Translations under genes and position numbers: made by a program
Notes under the pieces: model-generated
Seen by the model: only the letters and a program-made list of their open reading frames with translations
What the model was told of the DNA's origin: nothing
Databases searched by the model: none
Source: Thecamonas trahens ATCC 50062
Taxonomy: Eukaryota > Protista > Apusomonadida
Reading direction: 5' to 3'
DNA length: 64,000 nucleotides
NCBI RefSeq assembly: GCF_000142905.1
Contig: NW_013657655.1
Coordinates: 248,001 to 312,000 of the forward strand
Shown: in pieces, positions 17,743 to 28,419 of the stretch
How positions within the stretch are numbered: the stretch's first letter is position 1
Layout of the letters: each line of letters opens with the position of its first letter

Positions 17743-19994
17743 TTACTGCTCGCCGCTCTCCAGCTTACACATCAGCGCTGCATTGATTGCCTTGGCCGAC
17801 TCGTACTTGGCGGTCAGCGCAGCTTGCGCAGCCTCGGCCGCCGCCTGCTGCGCCGCAAGCAGGTCGGCCGCCCGCTCCACCGCCTCGTGTAGCGAAGCGT
17901 TCTCGGTCTGTAGCGACGAGACCCGCGAAGTCGCCTGCGATGTAAACGACTGCAAGAGCTTGATCTCGGCTTCGGCCTTGGCCAGCTTCACCTGAAGTTT
18001 GGCCTCGACGTTTTTGTGGATCTTCAGCGCCGCAGAGAGCTCGGCCGCCCGCTCGCTGGCCTTTCGTTGGGCCGCGCCTGGCTTTCCCACTTGAGCAGCT
18101 CGTGTGACATTGACTCGAGCGACGCCTCGTAGCTCGCCTGGCGCTCCAGCAGCGGCAGCGCCGTGGCCAGCTTGGCCTTCAGCGAGAGCAGAGTCTCGTT
18201 CTTGCGCGCGATTTCGTCCTCGGCGCTGCGGAGGCTCTGCTTCGCCTGCTCCAGCTCGACGTCCTTGGCTGCGCCCATCGCTTCTAGGGTCGCAATCCGC
18301 GCCTGCGCGCTGTCGAGCTGCACCTTGAGCGCCGCTGCTGCCGCTGCATGCTGTTCCGCCGCCACAGCTCCTCGTGCACGCTCGGCATCCACATCCTTGT
18401 GCAATGCCTGGATCGCCCCGCGCTGGCTCTGCACCTTGCGGAAGAGCGCCATGTTTTGCGCCTCGCGCTCCGCAGAGTCCACAATGTCGCGCGAGAGCAG
18501 CCGGACTCGCTCCTTGTGCATCGCGCACCAGAACCGCTCCAGCAGCAGCGACGCCTCCACACGTAGAACGCGGAGCGCCGCGGGCCCCGGGTGCTGCCCG
18601 TCGCTGCTCTCCGCCAGTAGCTCTTCCACCTCGTGTAGCACTGTCAACACCTTGTTCTCGGTCTGCGGCTCCAAGAGAGCCATCAGCGGGTGCTGCGGCG
18701 CGCTCGATCCACCGCTTGAGGCCCCGCCCCCGCTCCCACCCTCGTCCTCGGCATACAAGTGATGCGAGTAGAGGTCGTTGACCAATGTTGCCAAGCCTGC
18801 CGCCGGCATTGGGCTCGCCACTGCCGCGCCCGGGCTGGCAAGGCCAAAGCAGGTGGTGATGATTGTCGCCGGCTTGTGCCACCGCTCCGCCCCAAGCTCG
18901 GGCGTGTGTGTCAGCGACGACGGGTTGAACGGCAGCCGCGACATGCACTGGTAAATGGTGGTCTTGGTGCACGCGCTCGAGCCTGGTGCGAGAAAGACCT
19001 CGCGCATTCGGGCAAAGAACCTCGTGGGGAACATGCCATACAGAAGGGCAAAGTAGATTTGAACAACTTGCCGGAGCGGGAGCGGGCCATCACCGTGCTC
19101 CGCCAGCACCACTTGGGCCGGTCGTGCCTCCAACTCGGGCGCGACCGCCTCGTCCAGCACCTCCAGACCGGCCTCGATGCGGGTCATCAGCGCGCACGGC
19201 ACCGAAAACAAGTCGTCGAGGTGCGGAACAAAGAGGGGTGGAAGGAGCGGGATTAGCATGAAGAGCGTGACCGACGCCGCCACCACAACATCGTCAGCCG
19301 CAGCAGGCGAGATGACCATGTCGCGGAGGAGGACTGTCAGAAGCTCGGGGGTGAAGAGCTCGTGCATCCGCGAGCCTTGGTCAAGCGCAATCGCATTGAG
19401 CAGCCGCAGCGTGGCCACCAGCCGCGGCGATGCACTGGCATCATCGGTCGCGGCCGCCTCCTGATCTCCCGCCGATGCCGCAGCCTCCAGATCGTCGTCC
19501 GACGTGAGCATGGTGACCAGGATGGCCGAGACCGCTGCAGGCGCCGCGTTGGCCACGCCGCGCAGCAGTGCGCCGACCGGGCCTTCACCGGGCACAACCG
19601 ATCCGAGCGCCGCCTCGGCCACGTGCGCCGAGAGGACCCGCAGCGTGAGGGCCGACGACGAGGCCAGCATCCGGAGCGCCGTCGCTTGGACGTTGTCCGC
19701 CAGCGCCGCGTCGGGCGCCGCAATGCGCTGCAGCACAAAGGTCGACCACTGCGAGACCCGTGCATGCGAGTTCGCCTCCAGCAATGTGGCGAGGACTTGC
19801 AGCAAGACCCGTGTCTGCTCGACAGACAGCGGCTGCAGGCCCGTCACCTTGGGGTACAGCCGCTCCAGCACAGACGCCTGCAGCGCCGTCGACGCCGCGG
19901 CGGCTTCCGACAACGCCGCAAGCGTCGCCGCCGAGTACCGTGCCTCGCGCACGGCCTCCACCACCCCAGCAAGCGCCTCGTTGAACTCGGCCAT
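17743..19994 (-). CDS. TSC1: Hamartin/TSC1 homologue (one apparent frameshift near 18075)
   Basis: YFALLYGMFPTRFFARMR matches hamartin LFHRLYGMYPCNFVSFLR. LLLERFWCAMHKERVRLL..EAQNMAL matches LLYERFKRQQHALRNRRLL..EEHNAAM. The coiled coil continues in the other frame to 17743. Confidence 0.82.
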
Positions 19995-20174
19995 GTTGGG
20001 TATTGGGTGCGTGCGACGGAGTCGAGGGTTGGCAGACCGGGGCGAGTGGTCGTCGCCCTCGACCTCGACACCGTGCCCCCACAACCGCACCAGCCCGACT
20101 GTCATTTAGCGTACCATGGGACAGCGCCCACCCCCTCAAGGCCGGATCTTGAGGGGGATCAGTCTCTACTAGGA

Positions 20175-21320
20175 CTACGAGGCCGAAGTCCGTGACGGCT
20201 TCGTGCCTGATGTCCGCGACGGTTTTGCTGCAGGCTTCTTCTTGCTCTTTCCCGCCGTGCGCTTGCGAGTGAGAAACTCTGTCTCCGAGTCATCGCTCGC
20301 GGCGCCGTTGTCGTTGCTCAAGATTGCTTCCATCTCCCTGACTTTGCGCGACGCCGATCTCGACGGCCGCAACAAGCGACGCTGCGCCGATGCTCCTGCC
20401 TCGGTGGCATCATCAGCAACACCACTGCTCCCGTCGTCGCCCTTGGCCGCCTTCTTGCTCACCGACTTTTTCTTGGCCGTCGACTTCTTCTTTGCCGTCG
20501 ACTTCTTCTTTGCCGTCGACTTCTTTGCCGTCGACTTCTTCTTGCTCACCGACTTCTTCTTGCTCACCGACTTCTTCTTGCTCACCGTCTTTTTGTTGGA
20601 TGAGGATGTCTTGGCCTTTGAGCGCGAGTCCCGGCCCGGGCGTTTGGATGGCCGGCCTCCGTCCCCCTGATCCAGATCCGAGTCGGCCTCGTCCTCCCGC
20701 TTCCGCTTGGAGCCTGGCGTTGGCGCTGCGTTCTCCTTGGACGCCACCGCCGGGTTGACAACAAGCCGCGGCCGGGCTGTGGTGGGCACCGCCGCCAGCG
20801 TTGCCCGGAACTTGAAGTCGGCACCTGGCATCGGCTGCCCCGAGGATCGCACCTTCCGCCAAGCCAGGCGCGGGAGAAGCTTTGCCCGCTTGTACTCGAC
20901 ATGGATGGCGATGACGCCGCCAACCAGCCCCGGCTCCACAGCCTGCCACGTGATGCCCAGGTTGGGCTCAGCAACGTCGCTACTCAGCCGCCGCAGCGTG
21001 AACCGCATGTACGCCACCATACCCGAGTGAACCTTGGCCCGCAGCGCCTTGTCGCCCTCAAGCAGCGCATATGTCTCATCACTGCACCCCGCAGCCCCAT
21101 GCATGTGAGTCAATCTCTCCACCTGTCCGTGCCTCTGCGTTCTGTGCGCCCGCGGTGCTGGCCCTGTTGCCCGCCCGCCACTCCGCGCGCCAAAACACGA
21201 CCCTTTTGGAACGTACTCGCGGACGGACAGAGCGCATTGCATGATGGACTCAGCGCCGCCTACAAAGGCAATGGCCCGCGTCCCGGGTTGCGGGAGCTGC
21301 GTTGACGCCAGTGTGTCCAT
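20175..21320 (-). CDS. Hypothetical protein with Lys-rich KKKS(T/V)(A/S) repeats
   Basis: Predicted in-frame intron about 21216-21082 (GTACGT..CTCAC..CAG). A globular-looking N-terminal part, NLS KRKR, then about 8 KKKSxx repeats. Confidence 0.6.
   Translation of the reverse strand: MDTLASTQLPQPGTRAIAFVGGAESIMQCALSVREYVPKGSCFGARSGGRATGPAPRAHRTQRHGQVERLTHMHGAAGCSDETYALLEGDKALRAKVHSGMVAYMRFTLRRLSSDVAEPNLGITWQAVEPGLVGGVIAIHVEYKRAKLLPRLAWRKVRSSGQPMPGADFKFRATLAAVPTTARPRLVVNPAVASKENAAPTPGSKRKREDEADSDLDQGDGGRPSKRPGRDSRSKAKTSSSNKKTVSKKKSVSKKKSVSKKKSTAKKSTAKKKSTAKKKSTAKKKSVSKKAAKGDDGSSGVADDATEAGASAQRRLLRPSRSASRKVREMEAILSNDNGAASDDSETEFLTRKRTAGKSKKKPAAKPSRTSGTKPSRTSAS
20450..20595 (+). repeat. Coding minisatellite with an ~18-nt unit (CGACTTCTTCTTGCTCAC / CGACTTCTTCTTTGCCGT)
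   Basis: Encodes the KKKSVS/KKKSTA repeats on the minus strand. Confidence 0.85.
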
Positions 21321-21366
21321 GCTTGTGCCCTCGCGGCTCAATGCCAGACGTGTGTTACTTCCCGCC

Positions 21367-22674
21367 TCACGACTCGGTGCTCCAGCTGTCACTGGCCACG
21401 CTGCCTCCTGCACCCGCGCGTCCGACGCCGCCGATGGGACCACCGGCGCCGTCATTGGTCCCCATATCGCTGCCGCGACCAGAGAGCACTCCACTCTCGT
21501 TCTCGTGTGCTGCATACGCCGGCGGCGGGCCTGACGTGTTGCCTCCGCCGCTGCCGCCGTTGTGATAGCCGATCTCATCACCGACTCGGCCGCCAGTTGC
21601 CAAACCGGAGTTGGTCGTGTCCGATGATGCAGAGTTGCTCGGCTTCTCCGGCCGTGGCGAGCGTGCCTGTACAACGGCAAGCTCCCACCCGGCGTGGTTG
21701 AGGAGCGAGATGTCGGGCTCGTGTGCGATAAGGAAGAGGTAGTCGGCAAGGAGCGCAAGGGTGTTGTCAGGCACCGCCGAGCGGCGGAGCTTGCGGTTGA
21801 ACGGCTTGATGACTAGGCCGTTGCCCGGATTCATGCACATGTTCCGCGCTAGATCGTCGATGTGCAGTGTGTTGCACGGTGTGTAAAAGTCTGGAAACTT
21901 CCCCCAGATAAAGTGAAGGTCCTTGACCTGGTGCACAACGATGTTGCCCTGTGCATCAGTCCGCGAGACATTGTACATGGACGAGACATCGAGGACAAAG
22001 ACAAACTTGAAGGCCTCGTGTGTGAGTAGACCCAGCGCGGTGAGGATCGTCTCCAATCGCCGCCACGACGACTGCGACCAGATGCAGAGGTCATAGCCGT
22101 AGGTGTAGGCCTTGGCCAGAAACGCGTCAACATGTGGCCTCTTTAGCCGGAGCACCTTGTGCGCAATCTTCTCGTCTGCTGACCGAAAGTCGTACAGCGT
22201 CTCGTCGAGATCGAGCACCAACAGCTTGGCACCCGGTCGCGGCGGCGTGATCACATTGATCTCTGCAGTGTTGCCGGTTGCAATGAGCTTGCTCCGGCCG
22301 TCAGCCTCGACCTCGGCCATGAACTCATCCTCGGTCGCGCCCGCCGACAATCGCGCCCGTTTCAACGCCTCTAATCTGTTCTGCTCTGCGATACGAAGCT
22401 TCTTGCGACGCGAAGGCTTGCGCACCCGCCCCTTGCCCTTGCCCTTGCCCTTGCCATTGCCCTTTTCTCTATGCTTGCGCTTGCACTTGGCCGCGCCATC
22501 GCCTGCGACACCGGCTTGGGCTCCGGCATCGTCACCATCGTCGCCACCGCCGACATCGCCGCGGGACGACGACTCCATGCCCGCTTGGGGCCGGCCCGAC
22601 CGCCGACGGCGGGTTCGCCGCGATCGCCGGACGCGGCTACCCGACATTGCACTTGACCGCCGCGCCGAGGCCAT
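21367..22674 (-). CDS. FCP1/SCP-family HAD phosphatase, UBLCP1-like but lacking the ubiquitin-like domain
   Basis: PPRPGAKLLVLDLDETLYD, KRPHVDAFL, IWSQSS, VKDLHFIWGKF, NTLHIDDLARNMCMNPGNGLVIKPF. Confidence 0.87.
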   Translation of the reverse strand: MASARRSSAMSGSRVRRSRRTRRRRSGRPQAGMESSSRGDVGGGDDGDDAGAQAGVAGDGAAKCKRKHREKGNGKGKGKGKGRVRKPSRRKKLRIAEQNRLEALKRARLSAGATEDEFMAEVEADGRSKLIATGNTAEINVITPPRPGAKLLVLDLDETLYDFRSADEKIAHKVLRLKRPHVDAFLAKAYTYGYDLCIWSQSSWRRLETILTALGLLTHEAFKFVFVLDVSSMYNVSRTDAQGNIVVHQVKDLHFIWGKFPDFYTPCNTLHIDDLARNMCMNPGNGLVIKPFNRKLRRSAVPDNTLALLADYLFLIAHEPDISLLNHAGWELAVVQARSPRPEKPSNSASSDTTNSGLATGGRVGDEIGYHNGGSGGGNTSGPPPAYAAHENESGVLSGRGSDMGTNDGAGGPIGGVGRAGAGGSVASDSWSTES

Positions 22675-23055
22675 GATCGCCAGGTTCTCCCGCGCCTCCT
22701 ATCCCACGATTGCCGTCCAACGCTCCCCGAGTGTGAGTCCCTCCGGTGTGGGCGTTCCGAGCGCGACGGCTGCAGCATCTCCTCGCCCGCCGATCAACCT
22801 ACCGCCACATGCCCCCCGCATGCATCCAGCACCATGGCCACAACATCGGCAAGATCAAGGGCGTGGAACTCGGAAAGAAGGGTGGCGAGAGCCAGGTCTC
22901 TATCGACCGTCGTCGTACTCGCTGCGACTGTGTCTGCCATGCTCAGCTAGCCGGGCAGCTCTCCGCGCCTCAGCCTCCACCCGCTTGAGTACTTTCGGCG
23001 GGAGAGTGTGGCTTGCTCGAGAGCGATGTGTCGCATGTCGGCAACAGCAGACGCG

Positions 23056-23110
23056 ACTTCGACCTCAACCTCAACCTCGACCTCGACCGCGACCTCGACC
23101 TCGACCACAT
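23056..23110 (+). repeat. (TCGACC/TCAACC)n hexamer repeat
   Basis: cgacttcgacctcaacctcaacctcgacctcgaccgcgacctcgacctcgacc. Confidence 0.75.
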
Positions 23111-23202
23111 CCGTATGGCTCGCACGAGCCAATCTCCCGCTGTCTCGACTCGGGCTTCCTGCGCAGGTTGAGGCGAACGCAGGAACACTGTTCGCTTGAC
23201 CA

Positions 23203-23280
23203 TTCGTTCGATCGTTCGTTCGTTCGTTTCGTTCGTTCGTTTGCATCGTTCGCTCGTTCGTTTGTTTGCAGCGGTTCGTT
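23203..23280 (+). repeat. Imperfect (TTCG)n microsatellite
   Basis: ttcgttcgatcgttcgttcgttcgtttcgttcgttcgttt... Confidence 0.8.
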
Positions 23281-23864
23281 GGATGGACGTACGGGGGCGG
23301 AGGCGGGAGAGGTACAGCGGGAGCCACCCCTCCACAACAAGCAGGTACGTGGACCGCCCCGAGTGTTGAGGATGAGGAGGGGATAAGAGAGGAAGGAAGA
23401 GTGTGTGAACGGCAGTCTTGTAGCCCGTGGCTGCTCCAGAAGTGCTCGTACAGGCGTATCGCCAGCCGTGTTGCCTGTCGCGGTGCGGGCCAAAACGGGT
23501 GTTCGCAACGGGTGGTCGACAGCGGTGCGTCCCCAGCTTGCCCTTTAGCCGCGTGGGGGTAGCTGGCTGCTACAATGGCGGGGTTGCCCGCAGACGATAG
23601 CGATGGAGAGATCCAGTGGTACTGGTCAAGCACAAAGTGCGTTGCTTGAACTATCCCTTGGTCATGCCATTCCTTGGTCTGCTCGCCGGGAATCAGTGTC
23701 TGCGAGCCCTATGTGTGGTCGGTGGTGCGGGTGCGGGAAGGGAGGGAAAAGCAAAGGGCCTCAGTAATTTTTGGCTGTTTTTCTGCCAGAGAGCGGCGGG
23801 GGGGGAGGGGAGGGGAGGGAGGAAAGAGACTGACTGTGGACGAGTATTGTGGGGGGAGACAGAG

Positions 23865-25541
23865 ATGGGAACTGCGCTTTCGAATCTATTTGTGGATCCC
23901 AAGGAGTTGCCGCAAGATGGCAACGGTATGGTGCAGCTTGTGTTTCTTATGGCGGTGTACGGCTACGTGCTCTTCACCTCGTCGAACATGATTTCTGACG
24001 GGTCCGAGCTGCTGCTTCTTGTGCCCTCGCTGGCAGGCATTGTAGGATCGGTGGTGCTACCGATTTTGGGTGCGGTGCCCGATGGGGCGATTGTGCTGTT
24101 TTCCGGGCTGGGGCCTGACGCGCAGAAGCAGCTCTCTGTGGGCGTGGGCGCACTTGCGGGCTCGACGATCATGCTCCTCACCATTCCATGGTTCCTCTCG
24201 ATTCTTGCGGGCCGGGTCTCGCTCGACCGCAACGGCAAGGGTGCGTACAAGGCGCCTGCAGGCGCCAAGCTTTCGCCGCCGGGCTCGATGAGCCTGACGC
24301 GGACTGGCGTCAACTGTGGGCCGTCGATTGCCATTGCAGGCAAGATCATGGTGATTACGTCGCTGGCATACATCATCATCCAGGGCCCTGCGTTTGGGCT
24401 CTCGTGCGGGCTGAAGAGTGACGACAACAAGTGCAAGTCCAAGGGCGAGCGGTGGTGGGCGTTTGCGGGCCTCATCTATGCCTTCCTCTCGTTTGTGGGC
24501 TACCTGTGGTACCAGGTCAAGACCTCGGACGACGAGCAGTCCAAGGACAAGGTGGATGCAACGCGGAAGAAGGCCATTCAGGCTTCGATGATCTCACTGT
24601 CGGGCGCGTTTGCGCAGGAGCTGGAGATGATGTCGCAGCCGAACTCTGCCGGCACGGCACTGCTGAGCGAGACGAACCGCGGCGACCGGCTGCGGTCGAC
24701 GCTCAAGACATTCTTCAACAAGTACGATCGCGACGGCAACGGCTCGATCGACTCGAGCGAGCTGATTCTGCTGCTCTCGGACCTAGGCGAGAAGCCGACG
24801 AACGACGAGGTTGCTGACATGATGACCGAGCTGGACACGGACAACGATGGGACCATCGACTTTGAGGAGTTTGCGGTGGGCTGCCTCAAGCTCATCCAGC
24901 GGCGGACGGATGGCGACCATGCGTCGGCTGCCGAGCGCGGGCAGATGCGGGTGACCGGAGCCATTAACGAGGTCCACGACGCCATTGGCGACTCGGACGA
25001 CGACGACTCGGAGGAAGAGGAGATGCCTGAGGACCTGCGGACGCTCTCGCCGGAGGAGCAGCAGCGCAAGATCAAGATGCGGTCGGCATGGCTCATGGGT
25101 CTCGGCACCGTCCTCGTCCTGCTCTTCTCCGACCCGATGGTCGACGTGCTGTCAGAGTTTGGCGCGCGGACCCACATTCCGCCGTTCTACATTTCGTTTG
25201 TGCTTGCCCCGCTGGCGTCGAACGCATCCGAGCTCATTGCCGCCTTTAACTATGCTGCCAAGAAGACCAAGAAGACCATCACCATCTCGCTCTCGACCCT
25301 CCTCGGTGCGGCGTGCATGAACAACTCGTTCTGCCTCGCCATCTTCCTCGCCATTGTCTGGGCCCGCTCGCTCAAGTGGATCTACTCGGCCGAGACCATC
25401 TCCATTGTCGGCGTCCAGCTCATCATGGCGTTCTTTGCATTCAAGAAGACCCACACCCTGCTCTCGGGCATTGTTGTCCTCACTCTCTACCCGCTCTCCA
25501 TCATTGCCGTCTGGGGCATCGAGCGCGCCGGCCTCAACTAA
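23865..25541 (+). CDS. EF-hand-containing Na+/Ca2+ exchanger-like protein (NCL/EF-CAX type)
   Basis: Alpha1 GSVVLPILGAVPDGAIVLFSG; two EF hands DRDGNGSIDSSE and DTDNDGTIDFEE; alpha2 SFVLAPLASNASE..GAACMNNSFCLAIF. A probable 5'UTR intron ends at 23862. Confidence 0.92.
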   Translation: MGTALSNLFVDPKELPQDGNGMVQLVFLMAVYGYVLFTSSNMISDGSELLLLVPSLAGIVGSVVLPILGAVPDGAIVLFSGLGPDAQKQLSVGVGALAGSTIMLLTIPWFLSILAGRVSLDRNGKGAYKAPAGAKLSPPGSMSLTRTGVNCGPSIAIAGKIMVITSLAYIIIQGPAFGLSCGLKSDDNKCKSKGERWWAFAGLIYAFLSFVGYLWYQVKTSDDEQSKDKVDATRKKAIQASMISLSGAFAQELEMMSQPNSAGTALLSETNRGDRLRSTLKTFFNKYDRDGNGSIDSSELILLLSDLGEKPTNDEVADMMTELDTDNDGTIDFEEFAVGCLKLIQRRTDGDHASAAERGQMRVTGAINEVHDAIGDSDDDDSEEEEMPEDLRTLSPEEQQRKIKMRSAWLMGLGTVLVLLFSDPMVDVLSEFGARTHIPPFYISFVLAPLASNASELIAAFNYAAKKTKKTITISLSTLLGAACMNNSFCLAIFLAIVWARSLKWIYSAETISIVGVQLIMAFFAFKKTHTLLSGIVVLTLYPLSIIAVWGIERAGLN

Positions 25542-25581
25542 AAGTCGTTGCGCCACCACCCACCAGCTAGTCTACTCTGCG

Positions 25582-27068
25582 CTACCCGTGCACGCTTGCT
25601 GCCTCCTCAATGGAGCGCAGAAAGGCGGCGTCGGTCATAGTCTCATACGTGTCGGCCTGCGCGATGGCCACGGCGCCATCAGCGTGGACGCACAGAATGA
25701 GAATCGGACAAAAGGTAGTGGTCGGGTCGACCGCAATGAGCGGCGCCGAGTACGAGGTCACTTCGTTCTGGGTCACCGGATCCATGATCCGGACGTAGCT
25801 CGAAAAGTGGAAAGGCTTGAGAATGGCGAGGACGTTGCGTGAGATGCTGTGCGCGTACATGGCGTCCGGCGACTCGCCGGTGGTGAGCGAGCCGTCGCCG
25901 TTGCCGGCGCCGGGCGTCACAGGCCGTGTCGACGCCAAGGAGCCATCACTTCTTGGCGATCGCCCACGTGCTGACAACATACCCTCGCTATTGATCGAGG
26001 TCGTGTCGGTGAGGACGCGGCCGCGATTGGTCTCCGGCTCTTCCGGAGCCGAGTCGGACGGCAAGTCGACCCCAGTAAAGTCGTGGTGGACGCGAAAGAC
26101 AAGGACAAGGCGACGGATTGAGGAGTCGAGCTTGCGGAGCGGAACAAGTGCGTACGCGTCGTCTTCGACCGACGATGGCACAGAGAGCGAGTCTGCCGAG
26201 CCGTGCTGCGGCCAGTCGGGCGGGAGAATGGCTGGTTTGTCGTCGTCGACGTCGCCGGCGTCTGAGGGGAGGACTGAGTTCGATGAGGCTGCACGCGAGA
26301 GTGTGGCCATCGAGCTCGACGGCGGACTCGTCTGAACCACAAGGGGTGTGGTGAGGTTGGCAACATCGAGGCGGACGACAGTTGTTGGATGGCTCAGGTC
26401 AGATGAATGCTCCTCGAGCGGGTAGGCGACAAGCTCGGGGACGAGCGAGGTAGCGTAGTCTGGCGAGGCGACAACAGTCCAGCCGATGCCGAGTACGATT
26501 GACTCGAGGGTGGGTGGGAGGCGGACAGTGGCGTGGCGTTCGGTGAGGAGCAGTGGTGTGCTCCACCCGTCGACGGCCACCGGATCACCGGATCACCGGA
26601 AGCAGCCTCGTCAGTGCCGGGCGACGAGGCATCCGAGGCGGAGCGTCCAGTGCACCCGTCCTCGGTACGCTTTCCAGCCTTTGCGCCATCAGCAGTCAGC
26701 TGTTTGCCGATGGGGGCGACGTTGGCGACGGCGTTCTCCAGCGCCACCTCATCGGGCCCGGTCACAACCTTGGCCAGCGAGCCGTGCTTGTAGATGAGGA
26801 AGGTCGATGTCGCTGAGCCGCGGAACTGGGCCAGGGAGCCGATGGTGTCTGCGCACGCCGTGGCCACAATGAGGGAGAACGGCGAGGCGAGAGCTGTCAG
26901 CCTCGAGAACGAGGGGCCCAGGCACTCGGTCGGCCCGCACCACTCGGCGTGGACGTCGACGAGGACGAGGTCGGCCGGTGTGGCAAGCAGCTCCTCCCAC
27001 TCGTCGTCGGTGCCCGCCTTGAGCACGCGCACCGTCCGCAATGGTGTGAGGGGTCCGGAACGGAGCAT
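25582..27068 (-). CDS. Thioredoxin-like (NME8/dynein-LC type) domain fused to a divergent TerD-like domain; frame break near 26585
   Basis: EWEELL..LVLVDVHAEWCGPTEC..LAQFRGSATSTFLIYKHG; then LESIVLGIGWTV..DDAYALVPLRKLDSSIRRLVLVFRVH..SYVRIMDPVTQNEVTSY. An 8-nt tandem duplication (CCGGATCA) sits at the break. Confidence 0.6.
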
Positions 27069-27269
27069 GTGATGGGGGTGGGCGGAGTTAAGCGGGGTGG
27101 GGTGGAGAGGGGTGGGGACGGGTGGAGGCTACTAGCCATCGGCTGTTCAATGGCTGTCTCATTGCATGCTGCGAATGGGTGGTTGGGACTGCAAGAGGAA
27201 TGGTGTACCGGATTGATGGTTCGACATGGCGGTGGTGGTGGTGGTGGTGGAGGGGAGGGGGGGGGATGG

Positions 27270-27320
27270 GTACAGTGGCGATCGAGGTACAGTGGCGATC
27301 GAGGTACAGTGGCGATCGAG
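27270..27320 (+). repeat. Perfect 17-nt tandem repeat x3 (GTACAGTGGCGATCGAG)
   Basis: Read directly; intergenic; no spacers. Confidence 0.9.
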
Positions 27321-27390
27321 TGAGGGCTCCGTGGTCCAATGGCAACACGAGCCGGAGAGTCGTGCTCAAAGGGAGAGGGTTGACAGCAGA

Positions 27391-28419
27391 TCAGCGACGA
27401 CGGCCGCCCTTGGCCCCGCTTCTGGCCCCGCTTCTGGCCCCGCTTCTGGCCCCGCTTCTGGCCCCACGCCCGCCGCCGCCGCCGGCAGCAGATCTCTTCC
27501 CACTGCCGCCACCGCCGCTGCTGCGACCACCCTTGCTCCGCCCGCCACCGCTGCGGCCACCCTTGCTCTGCCCGCCGCCAACGTTCGAGTTGGTCCGGTT
27601 GAGATGCTCGAGATTAGCCTTCCAGTCCTCACACGAGCCTGATTCTGAGCCCGAGTCTGCCTCGGGCGGAGGACGCTCGGTGGAATCGAGGATGGCCTTG
27701 GCCTTGGCGGTTTCGAGCTTCTTGAGGATGGCCTTGGACGGGCGGGTGGCAGTCCGCGCGTGGGCGTCGACGTAGGCGCGGGCCGCCAAGGTCTCGTCCT
27801 GTGTCTCTGGGTCGGTGTGGGTGATGTCCGGGTCTGCGCCAGCGTCCAGTAGCGCTTCGATGGCATCGTCCTGCTTGGCATGGGCGGCGAGGAAGAGCGG
27901 TGTCTGGCCAAAGGCGTCGTGAACATCAACACGAACGCGCTTGACACCCAGCATGACAGCCAGCGCGGCCATGTTGCCGTTCTCGGCCGCGCAGTGGAGC
28001 GGTGTGTGGCCGGCGGCGGTGCCGCGGTGCGGGAGAGCCCCGGCCTTGATCAGCACCTTGACCGCTTCGTCCGATCCGTACTCGGCGGCGCTATGCAGCG
28101 GTGTGTACTCGTCATCGTCGAGGAGAGCGTCGACCTCGCCACCGGCCTCACGCAGCGCGTCGCGCAGTGCATCAGCATCGTCGTCGATGGCGGCGTCGTG
28201 AGCAGCCTGGGCGGTCTCGCTCTCTTGCGCCTTGGCCACCATCGGCTCCGGGACGTGCTTGCTCGGCAGGCCCACCCACGGATCATCGTCTTCTACAATT
28301 GCCGAAGCCCGTGTCTGTCCGCCATTGGCATCCTTCCGCCCGCCACCCGGCCTGCGTTCAGGCGCCGAGCTCTCGCCGGCCTTGTCGTCGTCGACGGCCC
28401 GCGACGAGCCGCAGCCCAT
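27391..28419 (-). CDS. Ankyrin-repeat protein with N-terminal dual-acylation motif
   Basis: MGCGSS; TPLHSAAEYG, GHTPLHCAAENG, GQTPLFLAA; Gly/Arg tail with (GARS)n encoded by 12-nt repeats. Confidence 0.88.
   Translation of the reverse strand: MGCGSSRAVDDDKAGESSAPERRPGGGRKDANGGQTRASAIVEDDDPWVGLPSKHVPEPMVAKAQESETAQAAHDAAIDDDADALRDALREAGGEVDALLDDDEYTPLHSAAEYGSDEAVKVLIKAGALPHRGTAAGHTPLHCAAENGNMAALAVMLGVKRVRVDVHDAFGQTPLFLAAHAKQDDAIEALLDAGADPDITHTDPETQDETLAARAYVDAHARTATRPSKAILKKLETAKAKAILDSTERPPPEADSGSESGSCEDWKANLEHLNRTNSNVGGGQSKGGRSGGGRSKGGRSSGGGGSGKRSAAGGGGGRGARSGARSGARSGARSGAKGGRRR

Noticed and set aside
22700-23860. Hidden gene or ncRNA in the longest intergenic stretch
   Set aside because: Only microsatellites and a probable 5'UTR intron (GTACGT at 23345 to CAG at 23862); no coding bias or recognisable RNA structure.
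27270-27320. 17-nt direct repeats as a CRISPR-like array
   Set aside because: Repeats are contiguous with no spacers, no cas genes, and the context is eukaryotic.
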